Positions 33,253-42,407 of a stretch of DNA of 64,000 nucleotides are shown in pieces (within the stretch, counting starts at the first letter, position 1; each line of letters starts with the position of its first letter). Below the pieces are notes generated by a model that was given only the letters and a program-made list of their open reading frames with translations, had not been told where the DNA came from and did no database searches. Both the position numbers and the translations under genes were made by a program. The stretch is from Mantamonas sphyraenae STR306 (taxonomy: Eukaryota; Protista; CRuMs), in assembly GCA_026936335.1 (NCBI GenBank), contig JAPMXV010000027.1:62001-126000 (forward strand), read 5' to 3'.

Positions 33253-35316
33253 ATGCAGAAACAAAAGTGGATTCTGCGCGCCGCGGTTGCGGTGGCGTTG
33301 ACCATGCTCCCTGTGCTCATGGCCCTGGAAAATTGTTCTCAAAGAGAGCCATTGTCACACACCAGTATGGCACCTTGTTCATCCACAACCTTCAACTGCC
33401 AGGGGCAACGGCTGCCTCAGCTCCACGCCGCGCGCTGTGCCGTGAACTGCTCCAGCGTGCGCCGCGTCTGCTCACCCCCCTACACGGGTGACGGCTGTTC
33501 CTTCTGTACTCCTTCACACTATACGTTCGAAGACCGCTGTGAACCATGTCCGGCCAACTGTGGCCAGCAGGTGTTCTCCTTTGCCGTCAACTTTTTCATC
33601 TCCGCCCTCTTTGTCATCACTCTCCTTGGCAGCAGCGAAAAGTTCCTCCTCCAGCTCACCCTCACCTACCAGGGACTTCAAATTGTCAACATTGTCGTCG
33701 GCTCCCTGGAGGCCAGCAAGGCGCTGCTCAACGACCCGCGCGTCTTCAATCCCCTTTCCCTCCTCAGCTTTGTGCGCCCTCTCCAGCTGGACTTCAGTAG
33801 CAACCAGGGTTACTGCCTGTTTCCCAACGACAGCTCCTCCCGCATGCTCATGGTTTCCGTAGCTCCGCTTGCCGCCATCTTTCTCTCTTGGCTTCGCAAG
33901 GTCCTCCTTCGACTCATGTCCCGCACCTCCTTCCTCGGCAACACCTCCGGTGCCACCCTCAGCAGCGACTGGCGCGAGTTGCTCGAGATTGATTTCCACC
34001 GCTCCATCATTCTCGTCTTCCAGTTCACCTTCATCCCCATGAGCGACACCGTCGCACGTGCACTCGACGCCACAGCCGGCGGCCGATGGTACCTCTACTT
34101 TGCCAACGTCTCTGTCCTTGAATTTGCTGTGCCCATGGCCGTCGTCCTCTTCCTCGTCGTCGGCCTCATCGCCTTTACCTTTACACGCATTGCCTACGAC
34201 AACAACTCGAGCAAGGACGCACGTATGCACCGCAAGTTCCAATCCATCTATCAACTCTACAAGCCCGAGAAGTACTACTGGACAGCCATCACTCTGGCCA
34301 AGAACTTTGCCCTGTGCATTGTGCGCCACACAGTCACCCCCGACCTCGCCAAGTTTCTCGTGCTCACCGTCTCCATGCTCGCCTCGGTCATTGCCCACGT
34401 GCGAGTTGAGCCATTCCAATCGCGCGTTCTTACCCTCCTTGAGATGCTCCTTTCCGTCATGGCTCTTGGCTTTGCCATTGTTGGCCTGGCCAGTGTGATT
34501 GTCGTCGACTCTGGTGGCCAGGAGCCGATCGGCCTCCTTTGGACCTGGTGCATCATCAGCATCCTCATCCTTCTCCTCATTGCATTTATGCTCACCTCGC
34601 AGAACAAGCGCATCCAGGCAGCGTTGCGTGCACACCCGGCCATGGTGTACGTCCTCGACCACCTGCTCTCCCAGGCCACACTCACCGACCTCAACACGCC
34701 GCTCAGCAAGCTCAGCGTCTACGAGCAGCTTGTGGAAGCAAACATGAACGAGGCCTCCTTCACAGACGTCAGCATCGTCACCAGCGGCTACACGATGATG
34801 AACAGGCCGCTGCAAGGCCGTCCCACACGCACCGTCGTCAGTGTGCCGGCCCATCTCTTCCTGCAGTACAAGCGCTCCTCCCTCACCGTCCAAGTCTGGT
34901 CTTTGGGTGCAGCTGCCACTGCCTACGCTGACATCGTGGACATGGCTCCCTCCGTCGGCAGGCAATCCAGCTCCATCGAAGACGTCGTCGGCAGTGTCGA
35001 GAACCTCGCCTCCTCCGACCCGTCGTCCTCACTGCTCGCAAAGCGATCATCCAAGGGCAAAGCCAAGGCCATGCGCCCTCCCAAGCTCACAGACAGTGTC
35101 AACATCGAAATCACCCTCCTGGCCATCCACGACGCACCCATGATGTACAACACGCCATCCGGCGGCTCTTCTAGCGCCACTGGTGACAATCCCCGCGAGA
35201 CCAAGCCCTCTAGGCCGCGAAGGCTCTCGGCAAACGTCTCTGGCCCGTCGCAACTCCGCATCCACTGGCAGGTCATTGCCGCAAAGTCGCGCCTGGAAGC
35301 AAGCAGTTCGATCTGA
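33253..35316 (+). CDS. Receptor-like protein: signal peptide, Cys-rich EGF/furin-like ectodomain, about 7-8 TM helices, cytoplasmic tail
   Basis: CSPPYTGDGCSFCTPSHYTFEDRCEPCP precedes the first TM. IYQLYKPEKYYW and HVRVEPFQS resemble the protist TRP-like/GPCR-like TM domain. Confidence 0.65.
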   Translation: MQKQKWILRAAVAVALTMLPVLMALENCSQREPLSHTSMAPCSSTTFNCQGQRLPQLHAARCAVNCSSVRRVCSPPYTGDGCSFCTPSHYTFEDRCEPCPANCGQQVFSFAVNFFISALFVITLLGSSEKFLLQLTLTYQGLQIVNIVVGSLEASKALLNDPRVFNPLSLLSFVRPLQLDFSSNQGYCLFPNDSSSRMLMVSVAPLAAIFLSWLRKVLLRLMSRTSFLGNTSGATLSSDWRELLEIDFHRSIILVFQFTFIPMSDTVARALDATAGGRWYLYFANVSVLEFAVPMAVVLFLVVGLIAFTFTRIAYDNNSSKDARMHRKFQSIYQLYKPEKYYWTAITLAKNFALCIVRHTVTPDLAKFLVLTVSMLASVIAHVRVEPFQSRVLTLLEMLLSVMALGFAIVGLASVIVVDSGGQEPIGLLWTWCIISILILLLIAFMLTSQNKRIQAALRAHPAMVYVLDHLLSQATLTDLNTPLSKLSVYEQLVEANMNEASFTDVSIVTSGYTMMNRPLQGRPTRTVVSVPAHLFLQYKRSSLTVQVWSLGAAATAYADIVDMAPSVGRQSSSIEDVVGSVENLASSDPSSSLLAKRSSKGKAKAMRPPKLTDSVNIEITLLAIHDAPMMYNTPSGGSSSATGDNPRETKPSRPRRLSANVSGPSQLRIHWQVIAAKSRLEASSSI

Positions 35317-35354
35317 AAAGTGAATGCATTTGTGCACTGCAAACCATACGTCTC

Positions 35355-38300
35355 TCACACCTCCACAGTCTCGCCTGCTGCCACTTTGCCACTTTCAAAC
35401 ACCATCTGTGCCACGCCGCCGCTTTCCAGGCCGACAAACACTGTTCCCACGCCACTCTCCCTGTCCAGCTCCACGGCCAACCCTTCCGCCAAAGCACCCC
35501 CGTCCACAAGTTGCTCGCACACGGCCTCCATGTTCCTGTCTGCGTCACGCACAATCAGCACAGGGCCGTTGTTCCCCTCCCCTGCCATCACCACGAAGCG
35601 GTTGTGCCACACCAGCGACCGCACGAGTAGTCCGGCTTCCACGCTGCACAACAGGCGTCCGTTGATCGAAAACACGTGCATCTTCAAATCCACCGCACTT
35701 GCCATGCACACACGCCCGTCCTCAGCCATCGCCAGGACGTCAACTTTGAGGTCGAGCGGATGCCGAATTGACCTGTGGAAGCGTCCGTTGCGCAGACCAA
35801 ACAGGATGCACGTCCCATCCGTGCTCCCGCTCGCCACCAAATCCTGCTCCTCACACACGCTCACGCACTGCACGCGGTCGTCGTGACCACGCAGCACATG
35901 CACAGGGGCCGCATCTCGACTTCCGCACAGTTCCTCCATTCGCCACACCATCACTGTCGTGTCTGCGCTTCCGCTGGCGAGCCACTCTCCGTTGCGGCTC
36001 ACATCGATGCACGTCACCTTGTCCCGGTGCCGCGTCACTGTGTGCTTCAGCATCGGCTCGTTTGCCACGCTGCTCACCTTCAGACCTCCGTCCCAGTGGC
36101 CACACGACACCAAGAATCGCCCGTCTCGGCTCACTCGGAAGCTGTCACGCATCGAATCCACCTCCGCATCACGTGCTATGCCCACAAAGTTGCTGCGCCG
36201 CTCCTTGTTCGAAAACAGTCCCCCCACGCTCTCCAACAGCACATTTGACTTTGGCATTGCACCACGTACCGTCACCTCCTGATTTGCCCACGTGTGCACC
36301 AATGTGCGTCCTTCACTATCCACTGTGCGCAGCGTCCCGTCACGCACGCTACACGCCTCAATCCCGCGGCCTTCCCCGCCTCCAATATCCACGTAGTACT
36401 GCTTCGCCGTGGCCGACCACTCCACTTCCACCGTCTGTACCACCTTTCGTTGCACGTGAGCCTTTGTGAACAGTTGGGACGGTGTCTGTCCGAAGCTGGC
36501 AATCTGCGCCTCGGTCGCCTCGCGCATCACCTCGTCCTCGATGCTCTCCACGTCGACGGCCCCCTCGTATGTCAGGTAGTAGAACAGGTTGTGTGCCTTG
36601 ACCGCTTCGCGTCCACGCTGCTTGTATCCAAACACAAGGTCCACCCAGGCGTGCAGTTGTCTGCTCACGTGTTCGCTCTCCAGCGCAAGCCGGTTCAGAC
36701 GCACAAACTCATCCGGCGACCCATTTGCCCACGGCGGCAACTGGACGTCGTCCACGTGCACTCCGTCCTGCGTATGGCCAAATTCCACACCGTTGATGTT
36801 GGTGAGAAACTCGGGCATGTAGAAAAACTCTGGGATCAGCTCCTTCACGTCGCTGTTGGACCGCATGCACGAATTCCACGTCTCGGCCACACTGAAGAAC
36901 ATGCGGTCCGGGTGGTCAAAAGTGCCGCCCTGCAAGTCGATCGCCAAACTCGTAAACGGCTCCAGGCGCAGCAAGTAGTGCAACACAATCCCCTCCGTGC
37001 TGTAGTGCGACCCGTAGTGGAAACGAGGCATCATCTCATCGTCTTCCATCTCGTTGAACCGCTCCAGAATGCCTTCCAGGCGTTCGGGGTTCAGCGCACC
37101 CACAGGCTTGCTGAGGTCGCGGTACACGTCCGGGTTGTCCAGATCCAACTCCTGCGACGTGTAGTCCGATAGAACCCATGGAAACACCGGGTACTGGCTC
37201 AGATCGTTGTATGTGCGCCCTGCAATCGTATTGATCTGCATCAGATACTCAAAGTTGGACATCTGGCCGCCCTGCCACTGCCGCGTGACGTCTTTGCGGT
37301 TCAGCAGCTTCCTCGGCGTGCCCAGGTACATCTCCACGCAGTTGGGCATGCTCTGCCACTGCAGCCTGTGGTAGAAAGCATTGCGGTCCGAGCGCGTATC
37401 AAAGGCAAACAACACACTCGTCTGCTTGGTGAGAAACAGTTCCATGGCGCAGTTCCGCAGCCTGTACTTGCGCGAATACACTGCTTCGATGCTTTCCATG
37501 CCCCACTGCTTGTCGCGTGCTTGTTTGATCACGCCTTCTTCGTTCTGTCCACCAGGCAGTCGGTCCACCACAAAGACAAGCGACACCGTGCCAGCGCGCG
37601 ACACAAGCTCAGCCTGCCCATGGATGACCATTCCCGCCTTGATCATCTTGCAAGGAAGCACAATCAGCTTCCTCTCCTCTCCTTGGCCATCCATAGGTTC
37701 TTGCAGCAGCAACAGGTCGTCTGCCTGAGCCTGCGAGATGCCACCCATCGACAGCCGAGGCGATGACGACGCCGATGAAGACGACGAGGACACCGACGAC
37801 GACGACGACGATGACGACGACGAACCAGGTGTCGGTGTCTCACTGCCTCCCATCTCTTCGTCGTCGTCTTCCTCCTCCACACTCACCGTACGCACGGTGA
37901 CGCTCGTGTTGAGCTGCAATTCGCCCAACAGCTGGCGCTGCTCCTCCGCTTGCTCCTCCAGCGACGGCCCTGCGCTCTGCAGAGGCTCAGCCTTGGTCAG
38001 AGCACACCCTTCATGGGCGCTCCCTTCGTAGTCCCGTTTGATCTTGCGGCGCATGCGGTACGGATCTTCTCCGCGGTGGATCTTGAAGAACACCCGCTGC
38101 TCCTGTTCACCCAACAGATCGCTGAACTGCGTACCATCGTCGTCTTCCCACTGCAAACGAGCGCTGCTCACATCCATATCCTCGGCCTCGCCCGCATCAC
38201 CTGCTGCTTGGCTCTTGCTGAACTGCTCGTTCACGCCGATGCGCGAGCTGACGAACGAGCCCCACGCGCCGCGTTTTCCGTACAACTCACGCACCATCGA

Positions 38301-41300
38301 CCTCCACGCACGCTGGTTTTGTCGAGCAGCGTTCTCTGACTGCAGTAGGGTGTGCGCTCTGCGGATCCCCTCGTCCACGCGCATCGTACCCAACACCTCC
38401 TGTGCCTCTTCCTGCATCTGCAGGGCATGTGGCTCCAGACCCAGTGCGCTGTTCAACGCCTGCTCGGTGCGCGATTCCAGCCTCGACAGCTCCTTCTTCA
38501 CGTTCCCCAGCAGCTTCGTCACCAGCTGGCTATGGTTGGCCAGCGCCAACTTGAGCAGTTCTGCGTTTTCGTGCACGTCCACGGCCATCTCGTGCAGCTG
38601 GTCAATCAGAAGCGGAAGGTGCTCGTTGCTCGACGAACCCATGGCCAGCAGCTGGTACAGCGTGAACAAACGCAGCTCGTCGCTCACCAGCTGCTCGCTG
38701 CGCAGCATGACGATGTTGTGCTCGCTCCGCTGCACGGGATCCAAGTGCACCCCCAATGTCGTGATGCACACGTTGCACATGCGCTGCACGTCCTCCAATT
38801 CGTTGCACTCGGCAATGCGCGTCACCAGCACACGCAGCACAATGCGCAGCAGGCCACCCTTGCGTCGCTTGGCCACGGGTGTCTGCAGCGCAGACCACGT
38901 CATTCCGTGCACCAGATTCTCAAAGTGCATCGGGTCAAACACGCGCACAAACACTTTGGCCACATTGGCATCTTTCCACTGGCCGTCTGCATCGCGATCC
39001 AGCCCATCGTCAGCCAGCACATTGCTCGTGCCCAGCATCACAAAATCCTCCTCGCCTGTGCTCTGCTCCCCGCTGCTGCTGCTGCTACTACCACTGCTAC
39101 TGCTACTGCTACTGCTGCTGTTGTTAACGGTACCTTCCACATGGCGTTGGCCCAGCACCACCGCGTCCCCTTCTTCATCTTCGGCGACACTGCCGTCCGC
39201 CGGAATGTTGTCCGCGTGTTGAGGCGCACCTCCACGCAGCTCACGAGGCATGTGAAACAAAAAGTCCTCCACAAACAGCCACAGGTACGTTAGGTTCTGC
39301 AGATACGTACGGCTGAGAGGCGACGTGTCGCTGCGTTTGATGTCTTCGCCCACGCTGACCAGCACGGCTTCCAGCACATCGCCCAGCACCATCAGTCCGT
39401 CGCCATGACCCTGTCCCTGCTTGGAGAGCGAGGCCACGTGGTGCAACGACGACTGGAACACATGCGTGCTGCTGTCGTCTTCTTCGTCGTCGCCCTCGAT
39501 CGCTGTTTCTACCAAGTCGGATTGCGTGCGCATGCTGTGCAGTGTCAGGATCTTCAGATTGTTCACAACCATCATGTACACGGGGTCGCTGCGCCGTGCC
39601 TCTGTGTCTGAACCACTTCCAGCGCTTTCGGCACAGCGCAACAGCCACAATTGCCACCCGCGTGACTCCATCAGCGCACTGCGGTTGCGCGCACGCGTGT
39701 TTAGCAACACGCTCAGATCCTGCAGCCATCGAGCACACATGTCTGCGTCTCTGCTGAACAGGACCAGTTGGAATAGTGTCTTGAGCAGGCCTGGAAACTC
39801 GATTGTTTGCTCGCCATCCAAGAAAATGTGCGAGCCGCCGTCCTCCTCTTCTCCTCCCTCCAGGGGCAGCTGGCCAAGCAGAAAGCCCAACAGCACTCCG
39901 TACACGCGGTCGGTCAGCGTAAACTGGGTGAGCAGCGCCGTCACGGCATCAAATCCCCCCTGCTGCTCAAACTTCTTCCGGATTCGCTTGTTGCTTGTGA
40001 TGTACGCCCCGAGGAGCCGCACGCCCATCATGCGCACCTCTTCTTCCGAATCACTCATCATGGCCAGCATGGCGTGCCAACCACTTTCCTTGCCCATGTA
40101 CGACAGCAGGTTCTTTGGCACGGGATCGGCTGTGAGAAGACCGAGCAACAGCGATACAACTTGTCTTACCTGCTCCACATCGCTGCAGTCAAACAGGAAA
40201 CGCATCAGAGCTTGCAGCTCATGCAACGCCACGTCCGAGCTCATCATGGCTCGCATCATCGCAAACAGCATGCTGCGGATTGGCTTCAGCGCCACCTGGG
40301 GATCCTCGGGCCTCCACACGTCCTGATTGCCTTGCTTCGTCTGTGCTCCCGGGTCGCGTGCGTCAAAGTAGAAAAACGCACGGCTGGCATCCAGGAGGCG
40401 CTGCACGCCCACCAGTTTGCGCACGCGCGTCACGTCCTCGTTCACAAGCTCCATTTGCATTTGCACAACTTCCTGCTGCACCACCAGAGGCGTGGTGCTC
40501 CAAAGCGCATGGTTGAACACCAGGTGCGTGTCGATGTCGTCCAGCAATGGCTTGTACGTGACCGCGGCGTGTCGGAGTTCAAACACCGCGACCACAATCT
40601 CCAGTGACAGCGACTGTGCGCTCAATTTGCACATGATGTGCTGCAGCAGATCAAACAGCTGCTGCTTGTGTGCCTCTTGCTTGTTCAGGTCATTGTGAAG
40701 CAGCTGCGTCAAGAGTGACAGGATGTACGCGTTCACCTGTGGGTTAAAGTGGCCCTCGTCATCCACATGGTCTGCAATCAGCGGCACCAGCACAGAGAGG
40801 CCACCCACAGAGTAAAACGCGTGCACCACGTCCATCACTCCCTCAACACGCGTGCCACCCAGCATGATCGCATTGGTCTGCGATTGCACCTTGCCGTTGG
40901 CTCCCGCAGACGACGAGGTGGAACTCGACGACGAAGATGATGAGCCACCGCCCACCATACTGTCCCCGTGGCCCTTGTTGTTCAAGCGTACGTCCAGTAG
41001 CTCGTGGCTGTCACCCGACACAGCCAAAGGGTCGTACACACACATCACCGACTTGCTGAGAGTGGAGTCCTCACCAGCAGAGTCTTCGATGCGTGAAAAA
41101 GCGCCGTGGTAGTCCGGGCCGATGGCATACAGCTGTTGCACTTGGGCCGCCTTGAGCTCTGTGTCAAAAAGCTGCACGGTGCCCATCTGGCCTGAAAACA
41201 CACCTGCGTCCAGGGCTGCGTTGTTTCCAACAAAGCATTGGGTGATACTGCTGCCAGAGGTCGGGTACTTGAGAGTGAGCTTGTCTGTTCCCACCTGTTC

Positions 41301-42206
41301 GCCGTCCAGGTAGAGCGCAGCTGTGCTGCTGCCCCACGGCATGAGCTCGTGGTGCAGCGTCACAACCACGTGGTACCAGCGACACAGTGCCCACGGTTGG
41401 TCGAGGGGTACAGTGCAAGAGTGGCGTGCGCCTTTCACGACGCTGTTGATCAGCAAGCCGTTCTTCAGCACGCACGCCTCTACGCCGTTGTCCTGGCCCA
41501 GGAACGAAAACAGGCGCGCCGTGAGCGAGGAGCTAGGGCCACGCAGCGCCTCCATGCGCATCCACACCGCAAAGGAGAACCCCTTGTGTGGCATGGCAAA
41601 CTGCGGCAAGGCCAACCCGGAAAAGTGTCCGCTGAGGTCAAAGAATGCCTGCGGACCTGTGCCACCATGGCAAAAGTTGCGCAGGATGGTGAGGAGCATT
41701 GGCAGCTGTTTGGGCAATTTCCCCTGTGCGTCTGGGCGCAGCAGGCACAAAAAGAGTTTCAGCTCGCGCACTGTGAGGGACGTCGCGCCAAGCAGCTGCA
41801 CAATGAAGGCAAGGTTGGGTACCAATGGGCCGTTGGGATTGGCGCGGATGGTCAAAAGCAGCTTGTGCATCAATGAGTGCTTGGAGGCCATCAGGCAGTT
41901 GGCCAAGGAGCTTTGTAGGTGGTGGGAAATTGTGGCCAGCATGGCCGCTCGGGCCGACGGGATCCACGAGTCAAACAGGTCGACCATCAGCCAGAGGATG
42001 TTGGGGTTTACGGCACGCGCTTCCACCACTTCCTTGAGTTCGTCCGTCGAGTCCACAGGCACGTCTGGCACGTCGACGAGTTCAAACACGAGCACGCTGA
42101 GAAATTCCTCGTCCAACTCCGAGCCCATCAGCTCGTGCACCAATTGCTTGGCGTGGCGGATGTCCACCGACGACAGGATGTACTTGAGCGTTTCCCTTGT
42201 GGACAT
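35355..42206 (-). CDS. BEACH-domain protein, neurobeachin/LRBA/NBEAL type (ConA-like, ARM, PH-BEACH, WD40)
   Basis: MSNFEYLMQINTIAGRTYNDLSQYPVFPWVLSDY, FHYGSHYS, DVKELIPEFFYMPEFL, WVDLVFGYKQRG, FGQTPSQLF, C-terminal WD40 repeats. Start taken as MSTRETLKY; exact start uncertain. Confidence 0.92.
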   Translation of the reverse strand: MSTRETLKYILSSVDIRHAKQLVHELMGSELDEEFLSVLVFELVDVPDVPVDSTDELKEVVEARAVNPNILWLMVDLFDSWIPSARAAMLATISHHLQSSLANCLMASKHSLMHKLLLTIRANPNGPLVPNLAFIVQLLGATSLTVRELKLFLCLLRPDAQGKLPKQLPMLLTILRNFCHGGTGPQAFFDLSGHFSGLALPQFAMPHKGFSFAVWMRMEALRGPSSSLTARLFSFLGQDNGVEACVLKNGLLINSVVKGARHSCTVPLDQPWALCRWYHVVVTLHHELMPWGSSTAALYLDGEQVGTDKLTLKYPTSGSSITQCFVGNNAALDAGVFSGQMGTVQLFDTELKAAQVQQLYAIGPDYHGAFSRIEDSAGEDSTLSKSVMCVYDPLAVSGDSHELLDVRLNNKGHGDSMVGGGSSSSSSSSTSSSAGANGKVQSQTNAIMLGGTRVEGVMDVVHAFYSVGGLSVLVPLIADHVDDEGHFNPQVNAYILSLLTQLLHNDLNKQEAHKQQLFDLLQHIMCKLSAQSLSLEIVVAVFELRHAAVTYKPLLDDIDTHLVFNHALWSTTPLVVQQEVVQMQMELVNEDVTRVRKLVGVQRLLDASRAFFYFDARDPGAQTKQGNQDVWRPEDPQVALKPIRSMLFAMMRAMMSSDVALHELQALMRFLFDCSDVEQVRQVVSLLLGLLTADPVPKNLLSYMGKESGWHAMLAMMSDSEEEVRMMGVRLLGAYITSNKRIRKKFEQQGGFDAVTALLTQFTLTDRVYGVLLGFLLGQLPLEGGEEEDGGSHIFLDGEQTIEFPGLLKTLFQLVLFSRDADMCARWLQDLSVLLNTRARNRSALMESRGWQLWLLRCAESAGSGSDTEARRSDPVYMMVVNNLKILTLHSMRTQSDLVETAIEGDDEEDDSSTHVFQSSLHHVASLSKQGQGHGDGLMVLGDVLEAVLVSVGEDIKRSDTSPLSRTYLQNLTYLWLFVEDFLFHMPRELRGGAPQHADNIPADGSVAEDEEGDAVVLGQRHVEGTVNNSSSSSSSSSGSSSSSSGEQSTGEEDFVMLGTSNVLADDGLDRDADGQWKDANVAKVFVRVFDPMHFENLVHGMTWSALQTPVAKRRKGGLLRIVLRVLVTRIAECNELEDVQRMCNVCITTLGVHLDPVQRSEHNIVMLRSEQLVSDELRLFTLYQLLAMGSSSNEHLPLLIDQLHEMAVDVHENAELLKLALANHSQLVTKLLGNVKKELSRLESRTEQALNSALGLEPHALQMQEEAQEVLGTMRVDEGIRRAHTLLQSENAARQNQRAWRSMVRELYGKRGAWGSFVSSRIGVNEQFSKSQAAGDAGEAEDMDVSSARLQWEDDDGTQFSDLLGEQEQRVFFKIHRGEDPYRMRRKIKRDYEGSAHEGCALTKAEPLQSAGPSLEEQAEEQRQLLGELQLNTSVTVRTVSVEEEDDDEEMGGSETPTPGSSSSSSSSSSVSSSSSSASSSPRLSMGGISQAQADDLLLLQEPMDGQGEERKLIVLPCKMIKAGMVIHGQAELVSRAGTVSLVFVVDRLPGGQNEEGVIKQARDKQWGMESIEAVYSRKYRLRNCAMELFLTKQTSVLFAFDTRSDRNAFYHRLQWQSMPNCVEMYLGTPRKLLNRKDVTRQWQGGQMSNFEYLMQINTIAGRTYNDLSQYPVFPWVLSDYTSQELDLDNPDVYRDLSKPVGALNPERLEGILERFNEMEDDEMMPRFHYGSHYSTEGIVLHYLLRLEPFTSLAIDLQGGTFDHPDRMFFSVAETWNSCMRSNSDVKELIPEFFYMPEFLTNINGVEFGHTQDGVHVDDVQLPPWANGSPDEFVRLNRLALESEHVSRQLHAWVDLVFGYKQRGREAVKAHNLFYYLTYEGAVDVESIEDEVMREATEAQIASFGQTPSQLFTKAHVQRKVVQTVEVEWSATAKQYYVDIGGGEGRGIEACSVRDGTLRTVDSEGRTLVHTWANQEVTVRGAMPKSNVLLESVGGLFSNKERRSNFVGIARDAEVDSMRDSFRVSRDGRFLVSCGHWDGGLKVSSVANEPMLKHTVTRHRDKVTCIDVSRNGEWLASGSADTTVMVWRMEELCGSRDAAPVHVLRGHDDRVQCVSVCEEQDLVASGSTDGTCILFGLRNGRFHRSIRHPLDLKVDVLAMAEDGRVCMASAVDLKMHVFSINGRLLCSVEAGLLVRSLVWHNRFVVMAGEGNNGPVLIVRDADRNMEAVCEQLVDGGALAEGLAVELDRESGVGTVFVGLESGGVAQMVFESGKVAAGETVEV

Positions 42207-42407
42207 GCAACGTTTGTGTGTGTGTTTGCCTGAGGTTGACTGCAGTACACGTTTGGTCTGGTCCTCCACGCGCGCATCAACATCTGCACCTCCGTGATTC
42301 GCCCGCCTGGGTGTGAAGTGCAGCAGGTGAAGTCGGTTGCGATTGTGCGGACCAGTTGTGGCAGGTCCTGCGCGCCACTGAAGCAAACCCAAAGACTAAA
42401 GTGGGCC

